Shown here: in pieces, positions 10,139 to 20,100 of the stretch
Layout of the letters: each line of letters starts with the position of its first letter
Position numbering within the stretch: position 1 is the stretch's first letter
Source: Nitrospirota bacterium
Lineage (GTDB): Bacteria > Nitrospirota > JACRHJ01
Direction: 5' to 3'
DNA length: 64,000 nucleotides
NCBI GenBank assembly: GCA_963733375.1
Contig: CAVTDB010000003.1
Coordinates: 128,001-192,000 of the forward strand
Made by a program: the position numbers and the translations under genes
Notes under the pieces: model-generated
Told to the model about the DNA's origin: nothing
The model's input: only the letters and a program-made list of their open reading frames with translations
Database searches by the model: none

Positions 10139-10855
10139 AGTTCTTACATTCCTTTCTTTAAGTGTTTCATTTACCCCCAGACATTATCATTTTCAATCTT
10201 GTAATCATCGTACTGCCATTTTTTCTGTTCGAATATTTTCCGTAGAACAGATATACGATCTTCAATAATCTTCAATCAATTCTTATTTTTACTATCAACG
10301 CCTAAGGTTTTAAGTCTGTTAAACTCAGCTCAATACTAAGCATGTTGGCGAATAATTTTTCTTTGTGAGGAGAAAAGATACTTTTTGTAAAACCAATATC
10401 TAGGTTCTTCCTTTTCGTGGAGTTATATATATTATTTCTTATATGAGGATTACTTTACATTGTTAGGAGAAAAATGCCAATATAGGTATTTTACCAGGGA
10501 TTAGATTAGAATGAAGGGCCGGTTTGCTCTCCTGAAATTGTCAATTTTCCTAGTGTATCTAATTGGTTATATTCTATAGACGCAGCGGTTGGAACTTAAA
10601 ATATTTGTTGTCCTTGTCCTTATATGTCTTTAAGGAAAAAGAGAATAAACGGCGGCTGGGAATTCTGATGATAGATTAGCTTAAAAAAGATTTAGCTTGT
10701 GCTGTGATCAGCCGGATGGAATTGAACCCGCTGATAGGTTTTTTTATCTTTTAAAATACATCGCTTAGAAAATTGCAAATGGATTTGTGAACCTTTTGTG
10801 AACCAAGTGCCAATTCATACCCTTCAACTTCTTTTTGATGGTAAAACGCCGCTAG

Positions 10856-11017
10856 TGTGGATCGGCATGCAATAATGACCCACTTTGTGGGGTCATCGGC
10901 GTCCAATATTGACCCACCTTCTGAGGTCATAACATTCTGTTATTGATAATGATAATTTAAATTACCCCTGGGTCAAACGGATGCCGATGGTGGGTCAAAA
11001 TTGCACGCCTATCAACA
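10856..11017 (+). mobile_element. IS21-type MITE, copy C
   Basis: TGTGGATCGGCATGCAATAATGACCC...GGGTCAAAATTGCACGCCTATCAACA. Confidence 0.88.
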
Positions 11018-11164
11018 CTGAATGGGGACGCGCCGGTCAGGAAGACCGAATTGCTTATTTGGGAGAGAACAAATGGCTGCATTGCGACATCGACTACGCG
11101 ACAGTAACTCCGACAATGGAGGCGGCGGTGGCTACATCGGCACTAAATTCCTAATACGCGTAAG

Positions 11165-11839
11165 TTAGGTACTGACTTCCAGTTGGTGTTTCCATAGCCG
11201 CAACCATGCTTCCCGATCATGATATCCAATTATTTTTGAAGGATCAAGCACAACATGTCCTAAATTGATTAACGAAGATACCGCAAGGAGGTTGTCTGCC
11301 ATACAATAATCAAGCATGTCGGGATAGTTCGCAAATTCGGCAACAGAGCAGATAAATGCATATTCTAGATCATTAACAAGTTCGGGTTGATTTACTAAGT
11401 CTAAACCGATCAGATCCCCTAATTCTTTATATCCATTGTGGCCGGTCGTTTGAATAAATCCACGGCCTCTAAAGTTATAACCATCATCAGTGCCTGGTCG
11501 ATTTCCCATGCGCCCACCATAAGCGAGATCGCCAATCATTTGTTGGTTAGCCGGATGTTCCTGGGTGCGCCCATAAAGCAAAGCCTGCGCGGTGTTAAAA
11601 TGAGTTGGCCATTGTTTAAGCAAAGCTTGAGGGGTGTAATTTAGCGACTCAGTCATTTCCAAGGCTGTATTGCTTTCATGGCTTATTTGGGCCATCAGAT
11701 GAGCAAGTTCCAAAATACTATCGATTTTGTATTTTATAAAAGCTTCCGCCTGAATAGCCAAAATTCCGGTAATTTGACTTTGAACTTTTTCGCTATCTGG
11801 CCACACGGCATTAAAATCATCTTGAGTAAGATATCTCAT
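11165..11839 (-). CDS. Glycoside hydrolase family 19 (chitinase/endolysin-like)
   Basis: MAQISHES, ESLNY, YGGRMGN...DGYNFRGRGFIQTTGHNGY. Confidence 0.88.
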   Translation of the reverse strand: MRYLTQDDFNAVWPDSEKVQSQITGILAIQAEAFIKYKIDSILELAHLMAQISHESNTALEMTESLNYTPQALLKQWPTHFNTAQALLYGRTQEHPANQQMIGDLAYGGRMGNRPGTDDGYNFRGRGFIQTTGHNGYKELGDLIGLDLVNQPELVNDLEYAFICSVAEFANYPDMLDYCMADNLLAVSSLINLGHVVLDPSKIIGYHDREAWLRLWKHQLEVST

Positions 11840-12077
11840 TGAAGGTTACCTGGTTATTTATAAATTTATGGCCTCAGCATTACGCCCTGTGTTTAAACGG
11901 AAGAGGCATTAAGCCCCTTCCGCCATTTTTTTCTGACGGCTGCCATCGCCACCACGTAAAGCACGATAGCTACCTGTCTGCCCATTTTAGCCCTCCTTCG
12001 CCGGCCTGCCCCGTTATTGTACCAACTGTAAAGTTAAAGAAATCTGTCCCGAGGGCATAGTACATAATCAGCGCCCC

Positions 12078-12362
12078 TTACTTTTTGCCATCCACCATCT
12101 CTTTCAATTCTTTGCCTGGTTTAAAGAAAGGCACTAATTTCGCTGGAACACTGACAGCCTCCCCAGTTTTGGGGTTCCTGCCGTCGCGTTCTTTTCTGGA
12201 GCGTAATTTGAAACTGCCGAATCCTCGGATTTCAACGTTGTCATTGGAAGCAAGGGCGCCTTTAATGCTGTCAAAAAAGGCATTGACGATGATCTCGGCC
12301 TCTCTCTTGTTAATTCCATCTACTTTATTAGCCAGTTTATCTGTGAGTTCTGCTTTTGTCAT
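12078..12362 (-). CDS. ihfB: Integration host factor beta / HU family DNA-binding protein
   Basis: MTKAEL, VEIRGFGSF, GRNPKTGEAVSVPAK, FFKPGKELKE. Confidence 0.85.
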   Translation of the reverse strand: MTKAELTDKLANKVDGINKREAEIIVNAFFDSIKGALASNDNVEIRGFGSFKLRSRKERDGRNPKTGEAVSVPAKLVPFFKPGKELKEMVDGKK

Positions 12363-12404
12363 AGGATTCCTTGATAAATAAAACGCTCTTGTTTTTTTCA
12401 GCTG

Positions 12405-12551
12405 TTAGATTATGTTAGCCCTTCGGCGATTCTGTGCGATCCTTTTATCCACGATGCTACCGCAGTTTAAGCACTTCCAGCCGTAGAAAGTCATCGAATT
12501 GTTATCGAACCTCTGATAGACCATCAACCCACCGCATTTCGGACATTTCAT
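12405..12551 (-). CDS. 48-aa zinc-ribbon protein
   Basis: Manual translation MKCPKCGGLM...WKCLNCGSIVD; GGGGGA RBS. Confidence 0.7.
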   Translation of the reverse strand: MKCPKCGGLMVYQRFDNNSMTFYGWKCLNCGSIVDKRIAQNRRRANII

Positions 12552-13135
12552 AATTGTTCCCCCTTCCAGGTATTGTAAGTTTTATGGGGATATCCGGAAA
12601 GCCGCCTTTATTTTGAGCCAGTCTTCTTAAGCAACCAAGCCATGTTCTGCCCCAGCACCTCCATCGTCCTGATCCCCTCTTCGTCCTTTTCCACTTCTCC
12701 TTTTTCGCGGCCTATCTTCGAGAGTCTGCTTACTAAAAGAATTTGGAACTCAAGTTGGTTTCCTCGCGCTTCATTGTTGATCGACGTGCAATTTTGACCC
12801 ACCTTCTAAGGTCACAACTGGTTGTTATTAATATTATAATTGAAATTAAGCCTGGGTCAAACAGGATGCCTATGGTGGATCAAAATTGCACGCCGATCAA
12901 CATAGAAAGTAATCGAATTGTTATCGAACCTCTGATAGACCATCAACCCACCGCATTTCGGACATTTCATAATTGTTCCCCCTTCCAGGTATTGTAAGTT
13001 TTATGGGGATATCCGGAAAGCCGCCTTTATTTTGAGCCAGTCTTCTTAAGCAACCAAGCCATGTTCTGCCCCAGCACCTCCATCGTCCTGATCCCCTCTT
13101 CGTCCTTTTCCACTTCTCCCTTTTCGCGGCCTATC
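12484..13135. repeat. ~230-bp direct duplication (12484-12716 and 12903-13135) around MITE D
   Basis: Near-identical sequence from tagaaagt(c/a)atcgaattg to gcggcctatc; the second copy starts immediately after the MITE end. Confidence 0.9.
12775..12902 (+). mobile_element. IS21-type MITE, copy D (128 bp, one internal repeat lost)
   Basis: TGTTGATCGACGTGCAATTTTGACCC...CAAAATTGCACGCCGATCAACA. Confidence 0.85.
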
Positions 13136-13605
13136 CCTATGTTCCAGTAAATAGACCCAGGGACTATCATTTGAGTTACCATAAAAAAATGATTTATAGA
13201 GTCGAATACGTTTATTGCCCCGCCTCGGCGAACCGCGACGACGGCAGCACCTACTTTCCTCTTGAACATATCGTCATTGGCCATGGAGGTCATTCCGGCC
13301 CTCTCAATGAGAGCCTTTAGCCCCGCGCTGATATCGGCAAAATAGGTGGGTGAGCCCAAGATTATTCCGTCAGCATCTAGCATCTTGTCTATACACTCAT
13401 TGACTACATCATCCTTAACGGCACAATGACGGTCTTTGTTCTTAAAGCATTTGTAGCAGGCAATGCAACCCTGGATTTTCTTGCCCGAGAGCTGAACCAT
13501 CGTTGTTTTTATGCCTTCCTTCTTCAGTTCATCAAAAACCCGGTTAATCAGTATCGCTGTATTACCATTTTTGCGGGCACTCCCATTGAAGGCAATGACT
13601 TTCAT
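13027..13605 (-). CDS. Flavodoxin family / iron-sulfur flavoprotein (NADPH-dependent FMN reductase family)
   Basis: MKVIAFNGSARKNGNT, CIACYKC...C, GSPTYF, RRGG. Confidence 0.9.
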   Translation of the reverse strand: MKVIAFNGSARKNGNTAILINRVFDELKKEGIKTTMVQLSGKKIQGCIACYKCFKNKDRHCAVKDDVVNECIDKMLDADGIILGSPTYFADISAGLKALIERAGMTSMANDDMFKRKVGAAVVAVRRGGAINVFDSINHFFMVTQMIVPGSIYWNIGIGREKGEVEKDEEGIRTMEVLGQNMAWLLKKTGSK

Positions 13606-13846
13606 TTTGTTCCTCCTACACAGAACCATTGGGGTGAATAAAACACAAGTGCTCTATTGATGGTTGGCGCGGATGACCTGCCCCCGTTTATTGTACCAGC
13701 TATAAAGATTTTACTTACCATCTTGAGGTGCTCCCCTTTTTAGGTCCATCCGGGATGAGGAAAATGCTATAAATTTGCTCATGAAGGAACAAGTTTTTCC
13801 AGTGTTGGATTTTGCTCCTGTAGAGCAAACATCTCCGGCGTTAAGT

Positions 13847-14009
13847 TCTTGATCGGCATGCAATAATGACCCACTTTGGGGGGTCATCGGCGTCCAATAT
13901 TGACCCCACCTTCTGAGGTCATAACATTCTGTTATTCATAAGATAATTTAAATTACCCCTGGCTCAAGCAGAATGCCGATGGTGGGTCAAAATTGCACGC
14001 CGATCAACA
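13847..14009 (+). mobile_element. IS21-type MITE, copy E
   Basis: TCTTGATCGGCATGCAATAATGACCC...GGGTCAAAATTGCACGCCGATCAACA. Confidence 0.88.
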
Positions 14010-14097
14010 GTATAACCCCGCTTCGCCATACAACACCCCCTTATTAATAATCATGTCCAGATTCTAACATTAAATCTGGACCGGTTTAAAGGGGGCA

Positions 14098-14122
14098 GGT
14101 CATTATTGCATGCCGATCAACA
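14098..14122 (-). mobile_element. Solo MITE terminus abutting an IS3-type end
   Basis: ggtcattattgcatgccgatcaaca preceded by ccggtttaaagggggcagg. Confidence 0.75.
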
Positions 14123-14284
14123 CTTAGCGCAAAAACGGCGCTTTCGAAGTTTAACTTTGGAGATAAAAACCCGATAAAATCCACTATGGGCACTTTTCTC
14201 TTAAATACTTCTTGCCCGATCGCTCTTAATTGGTCCATGTGTTTCGATTAACGACACAAATGCTGTTCAGAATAGTTAATTCAT

Positions 14285-14722
14285 TTATTTCTTATCGCCG
14301 GTATCCTTTGATTTTACTTCATGCTCCCGCGTATTTATCCATTTTGCATGTTCCTGCGACACAATAGCTTCAACATGCTCTGCAAACATAGCACTTGGCT
14401 CTTTTGCTGTAGCGTAATGACCGGCTTTCGCGAGATAGAGAAACTTTTCATGTTTCAGTGATTCACATGTTGTTCGATAAGAAATCCAGTTTTGGCTATA
14501 TTGGTTCAACTGTTGCAAACTTTCAAGGATAACTATGACAACGCCAAATCCACCGGTTATATAAGGTGATGCCCCAATACCTGCCAAAAAGGGAATCACG
14601 GCCGCCGCTATTATTTGTATGACCTTTAGCCGTTTATACAACCGTTGATTTTTTATACTTCGCTGATCATACCAATTGATTTGGTCTTCCAATCGTTCAA
14701 ACGTAGAGTTTTGTTCGGACAC
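14285..14722 (-). CDS. SLATT (DUF4231) two-TM protein
   Basis: RLEDQINWYD, two hydrophobic helices, NWISYRTTCESLKHEKFLYL; AGGAGG RBS. Confidence 0.88.
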   Translation of the reverse strand: MSEQNSTFERLEDQINWYDQRSIKNQRLYKRLKVIQIIAAAVIPFLAGIGASPYITGGFGVVIVILESLQQLNQYSQNWISYRTTCESLKHEKFLYLAKAGHYATAKEPSAMFAEHVEAIVSQEHAKWINTREHEVKSKDTGDKK

Positions 14723-14734
14723 AGTCGATCCTCC

Positions 14735-15037
14735 TAAATTTTTATGCTATTTGCCATCAACTTCTTCAGATCTTCTAGTCCCTTTCCAACCAGTATCATC
14801 GACTGCTAAGATTGTCTTTAATTCTGTTGCGCCAACCACCGCAGCAGCAGCAGTAACAGCAAGCTGTCTAAACTTGTACCAAAGTTCAAACCAACTACAA
14901 TGAAACTTGTTCGGCCAAGACAGTTAGCATAATACTACTCACGGGAATATAATTGACAACGTCGAAATCGATCTGTGTCCCAGAAAAGCTAGTTTTCTGG
15001 CCAAAAGGCATGAGTACAAACATAATGGACGAGACAT
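14735..15037 (-). pseudogene. Remnant of a DUF4071/TRAF-binding-type gene (N-terminus only)
   Basis: With one base restored it reads MSRPLCFVLMPFGQK...IDFDVV, resembling the N-terminus of genes often found beside DUF4231; the rest is deleted. Confidence 0.5.
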
Positions 15038-15100
15038 GAATAGCTTCCTAATTTAGCGGTGAATTCGGGTGGAACTTTAAACCAGCCCCCCAAATTATTT

Positions 15101-16991
15101 TTAATAATCTGCCATCATTTCGTAAATAGGTTCCCACACACTAGCTAAATGTTTTAATTCTGTATTAGAGTCGTTACGTAGTACATCTATAATATCCTCG
15201 CGCGTCAGACGTTTGTAAAGAAAAGACTCAACAGCAAGGTTTTTTCGTATTGTAGCGAAAAAATCCTGGAACTCACTTGTCATACCGATTGAAATAACGC
15301 TTAACGCCGTTAAAACTTGTTCGCTAATATCTGAAGACTCTCGGTAAGCAGTTTGAATAATAGCATAGTGTTCAGGTCTTCCTATCCGCGCTAATGCAAG
15401 GGAAGCATGGCCTCTATTTAGACTCTCATTACTAGAAATGGCATTTATTAATTCGTTCATGAAAAATGTATCTTTTCTCAATCCGATGGCGCGATAAACC
15501 CAGCATTTCTCACTAAGTGAAGAGCTAAGGAGCATACTAGCTATACTACGGAACTCGTCATTATTTTCGATATAATGCACTGAAAACGCTAAAGGTAATA
15601 AATATCTACTACGAGAAAGTGAGTTTACCGCTTTTTCACCACCAATGTTCCCTAGAGCGTAGGCCGAAGCATCAACCACATCTGGTTCTTCTTTTTCATT
15701 AAAAAGACGCTCACTAAGGAGTGGGACTGCTCGTGAAAGTCTCATTTGGCCTAATGCGCGTACTGCTAGTAGGCGAAGATAGGCCTTATCAGAATTAAGC
15801 CAACGAGAATATCAATAAATCAGAATGTCTTGCTTTACAATGTATCAGTTCGTTATTAACAGTATCTATTTTTTGATAATTAGAGAGAGCCGCTTTAAAA
15901 TTAATCGCAAAATGTAATCCCATTTCCAACTTATCAAAGGCATCTGAAATTCTATGTTTGTCACATTCGAGTACAAATATCTTTGATAGAGCCTTAAGAG
16001 CGAATATACAATATTTTCCAAAATCATATTCGCTGGTATAATATCCTATAATTGGATAGTTTTTTCCACGAAGAACATCTAGGATAGCAAAACCCCACTC
16101 GCTTGCACCTAAATATCCTAATGCCTCTATGCAGACACGACCTAAATCTGGGTCAGAAGTCTTTTGTAGTGTTTCCGCGATGTTACTTGCACAATACGGC
16201 TTATGCACAACATCTAAACAATCAGCCATGAAAATTGCTTCATACCAATTTTCGCTCGCGCTCATTATGATTTCCAATATTAATGGAGCAGCGTCCTTAG
16301 GGAATCTCTTGAGCACATTACGAACGATGATCTGATTAATCAGCCTTAAGTTTGTTTTTTTTATTTGGGCAATTATTGTGTTAATATCAATATTTTCAGA
16401 TGATATTAATGTTTCAGTAGCTGGCACACTAACTAAGGGATCGGGATTAAAAATATCATCAAACAGGGCAGCGAAATCGGATTTAGGAAATAGATTTGCA
16501 TGATTTGCTAGAGAACTAGCTGAGCGGACATCGCTAATCGCTCTGCGCAACTCTTCAAGTAAATTGTTATAAACCGCGGCTTGCTTTGCTTTACTAGCAT
16601 AGTCGCCTAATGGTTTTTCCTTGGGAAAATGTTGGGTTTGGCTCAGCCATGGCAGGTTCTTCCAGTCGCAAGCATACAGAATCACAGGGAATAAACGAAG
16701 CCCAGCTTTTCTTCGTAGTTCGAGGAAAGAGGCTACTTCCTCTTCTTGGCAATATGGTGAAACTAGAAAATCATTACTAATTAACAAAACAGCTATTTGA
16801 CTATTTTCAATGTTTTTCTTTATTTCTTCATCCCAAAGTTTACCGGTAGCGATTCTTTCATCATCCCAAAATTCTACTTCCTCTTTTACGAGAATTTTAA
16901 GATGATCAAGTAGCTGGTTCTTTTTGCGACGATCTTTGTGGCTATAGCTAATAAAAATCCTTAACATTTTAAATTGGTCCTCAATTACCAT
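15101..16991 (-). CDS. TIR domain + HEAT-repeat protein (frameshift near 15795)
   Basis: IFISYSHKD, FWDDERI, LLISNDFLVSPYCQEEEV; HEAT-like EALGYLG, AYALGNIGG, ALARIG across two ORFs. Confidence 0.82.
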
Positions 16992-17159
16992 AGTTTAATA
17001 AATTCTATTTTTCTCCCAACTCCTCGCATGATGGGCTTGAAATCCAATCTTTACTCCCAAGCGCGTCTCCTTAGCATCAATTCATTTATCTCATTTAGCA
17101 GTATTCCATGAGAACTTAGACTGGCTTTTATTAATGCGGCCTAGCGGGCTTAAGTAAAC

Positions 17160-20100
17160 TTATATTCCCAAATTTTCATTTTGGGCCTGGCTTTCGGCCT
17201 TGTCAACATTAATCAGGCGCTTCAATGTGTCCTTCTTAGGATGCTGACGGTTCTCCTTGATCCAGCTCAAAACCATCCTCCGCAATGTTGGTCTAGAATT
17301 CTGAGCAGTCCATAAATCTAAGACTATTTCTGACCATTCGTGGTATTTTGAATTTAAAGCCAAAAAATTAATTCCCCAGCGTAAAAGATTCTCGTCATTA
17401 GAATCAACTGCCCAAACCGCACGCCAAACGGGCAAGACTGCGTCATCTTCTTTAAGATTCGAATATATCCATTCCTTCGCATGTCTCACCAGTTTCGAAT
17501 GATTTTCTACATCAAGGTCCCAAAGGGCAAGCCAAATCTTTGGCCATGAAGAACGGGTGAAGAAGCCATGTTGCATCCACCGCCGGCCGAGTTTCAATAG
17601 TTCGGAATCCGACTTTCGAGCCCGTACCATTGCGTTCCACACAAGCCCCCAGCCGGGTGAACTTGAATCCACGCCCGTGACCCATACCTTTCCTATGCGC
17701 ATCAATCCTTCGTCTGGACCGATCTCATCAAAAATATCCTTCCAGATAAACGGAAGCTGCTTTATCCACCCCGCTTTTTCAATTGCATTAATAGCAAAAC
17801 ACGCAAGTCGCGGTCGTTCAATATCGGCATCCCAAGCCTGCCTCCATAAGAAAGTCCAGTTATCATTTTCTTCAATGGGGGCTGTCTCAATCCGATTAAT
17901 CAGTGCTTCCTCTTCCGTTGGACTAGACTCCGCCAAATAGGCAAAACCCCGCTTACGCCCTGCTTCCATTATGTCATCGGGCATTTTCCCTGTGCCTGCC
18001 AACCTCGACCAAACGTCGAGCCAATTATTGTCGAAAATCATATAGAAACGGAGGTACCGTTCGGTCGTTGCCAACAGATCGGTATCCCAGCAATCCCCTT
18101 CGGACAAACGTTTCCAGAGTTGTATCCATTGCATATCCCCCGATGCAACCTTATAAGAACAAGACGCAGCGTTATCCAGCCATTCCAGTCCAAGCTGAAA
18201 TAGCTGCCTATCTCGGGGGAAATACGTGAAGAGCACAGTCCAAACGTAGCCCCAGCCAGGGCGTTGCGTAATCGAACTTGCCAGCCAGGAACGGGCTTCA
18301 TTTTCCAGATTTTGATCTCCCGGTGTTCTATTCCATAGTGTCCGCCACACATAGGGCCAATGTTTGTCTTCCAGTCTAGCCCTTTTTAGCCAAACAAACC
18401 CCTTCTGTTTTAATTGTTCGTCAAAGGGAGACGTAGCGTAAATTACTTGCCAAATTTGACTCCATCCCCTGTGCAGGATGGGAACTCGGTCAAGCCAAGT
18501 TCGTCCAATAATTATGAGTCCGTTATCGCCGGGGCTTGCTGTATGAAGTTCCATCCAGACGTAACTCCATCCACCATGAAATGGTGGCGCAACAGAGAGC
18601 CAATTTAATCCGATTCTGTCAATTCTCCCGTCGTTCTTGCAAAACTTTCTTAACTGCATCCATATGGTGTGCCAGCCTGCTTGGGATGCCGGTGCGTTTT
18701 CTATCCAATTAATTGCCTGTTCCAGCAGGACAGAATCTCCTCGCTTCTTGTTCCACAGCGTAATCCACACGGCTGCCCAACTTTTGTTCTCTAAGGCTGC
18801 GATCTTTAACCAGCTCTGACCCCGGCTTATTAATTCCTCATCCGCATCGGAACTTTCTGCAAGAGCTTTCCATATATACCCCCACGAGTCATTTTTAGCT
18901 GTTATTTCGTTAAGCAATTTGAAACCTAAATCCTTCAAACCGATGTCGGCTGGATTGCTCTTAAATAAAGGCCCCCAAATAAAATTAAAATTCACCTGCA
19001 CGATTTTTACATGCCCAAGCCACTCACGCGCCATTGTTTGTAATACCGAATTGCCAGGATCTGCTTCCCATAGCTTAGGCCAAATGTACCCCCACCCGAT
19101 GTGATCTGGTTTAGCTATTTCAAGCCATCTGCGGCCTTGTTCCGCAAGAACGCAATCGCCTACGTTCACTTCCCATAGTGAAAGCCAGATAACCCCCCAA
19201 AAATGTTCGAATTGGAGAACGTTCTGTTGCAGCCACTGGATTCCTAGCCTCTCCAGATCTGGATCCTTAGGGTCCACCTGCCAAAGATAACGCCAAATCA
19301 ATGTCCAAGCCTGATGCCCAGCAGGTACGTTGTTTATCCAATTGCGACCCATTTGTTCTAATTCGGAATTTCCTGGATGTTGTACCCACAGCGCTACCCA
19401 TAGGTAAGTCCAAGATCCATTTGTAACTGGCTGTTCCGCTAGCCATCTTCTGCCAATTGCCTCAAGGTCGCTGTCGCCTGGCTTCCACGCCCATAAAGCT
19501 GTCCAAACAAGTCCCCATGCAGGGTGCTCTCTTGGGCCGCCCTTTAGCCATCGGCGTCCGCTTGTTTCTAGTCCCTGCTCGCCGGGATTACCATTCCAGG
19601 ATTGACGCCAAGTTAAGCCCCATTTACCAAGTTCCTCACTTGTTTGTTCATCAATACCGTCATCTTCCGACATACAGTAAGTAGGCTCAACTGTTCTAAA
19701 AAGCTCATTTATCGGAATATCCGCATTAATGGAGACCAATTCAACAAGTTCATCATCTATACCCCTCCAACATTCAATAAGCGCACGGCTCAACTGCTTT
19801 CGCAAACCAGGCTCCATCTTGCTCAAACGCTCAATAAAAGCAATCATTAATGGACGTGATTCCTTGTCAAGAGATTGAAGAGCGTTTTGGGCGTCACGAC
19901 GTATCCACCTGTTTGAGTCGAGGAGAGAATTAATAACCCCCTCCAAAGCGTCCCGCCCCGGAATTTGACTAAGAGCTGTCAATGCAATACGTCTCATCCA
20001 ATGTAGGTTGCTCTTTTGAAGAAGTAATAACTGGGATACTATCATATTGCCAAGTTGAACCATTCCTGATAGGGCAGCAGGGCAGTTTTGGCTACCACCT

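Noticed and set aside
12608-12997. ORFs 12608..12802 and 12743..12997
   Set aside because: Chimeric frames produced by the MITE and the duplicated flavodoxin tail.
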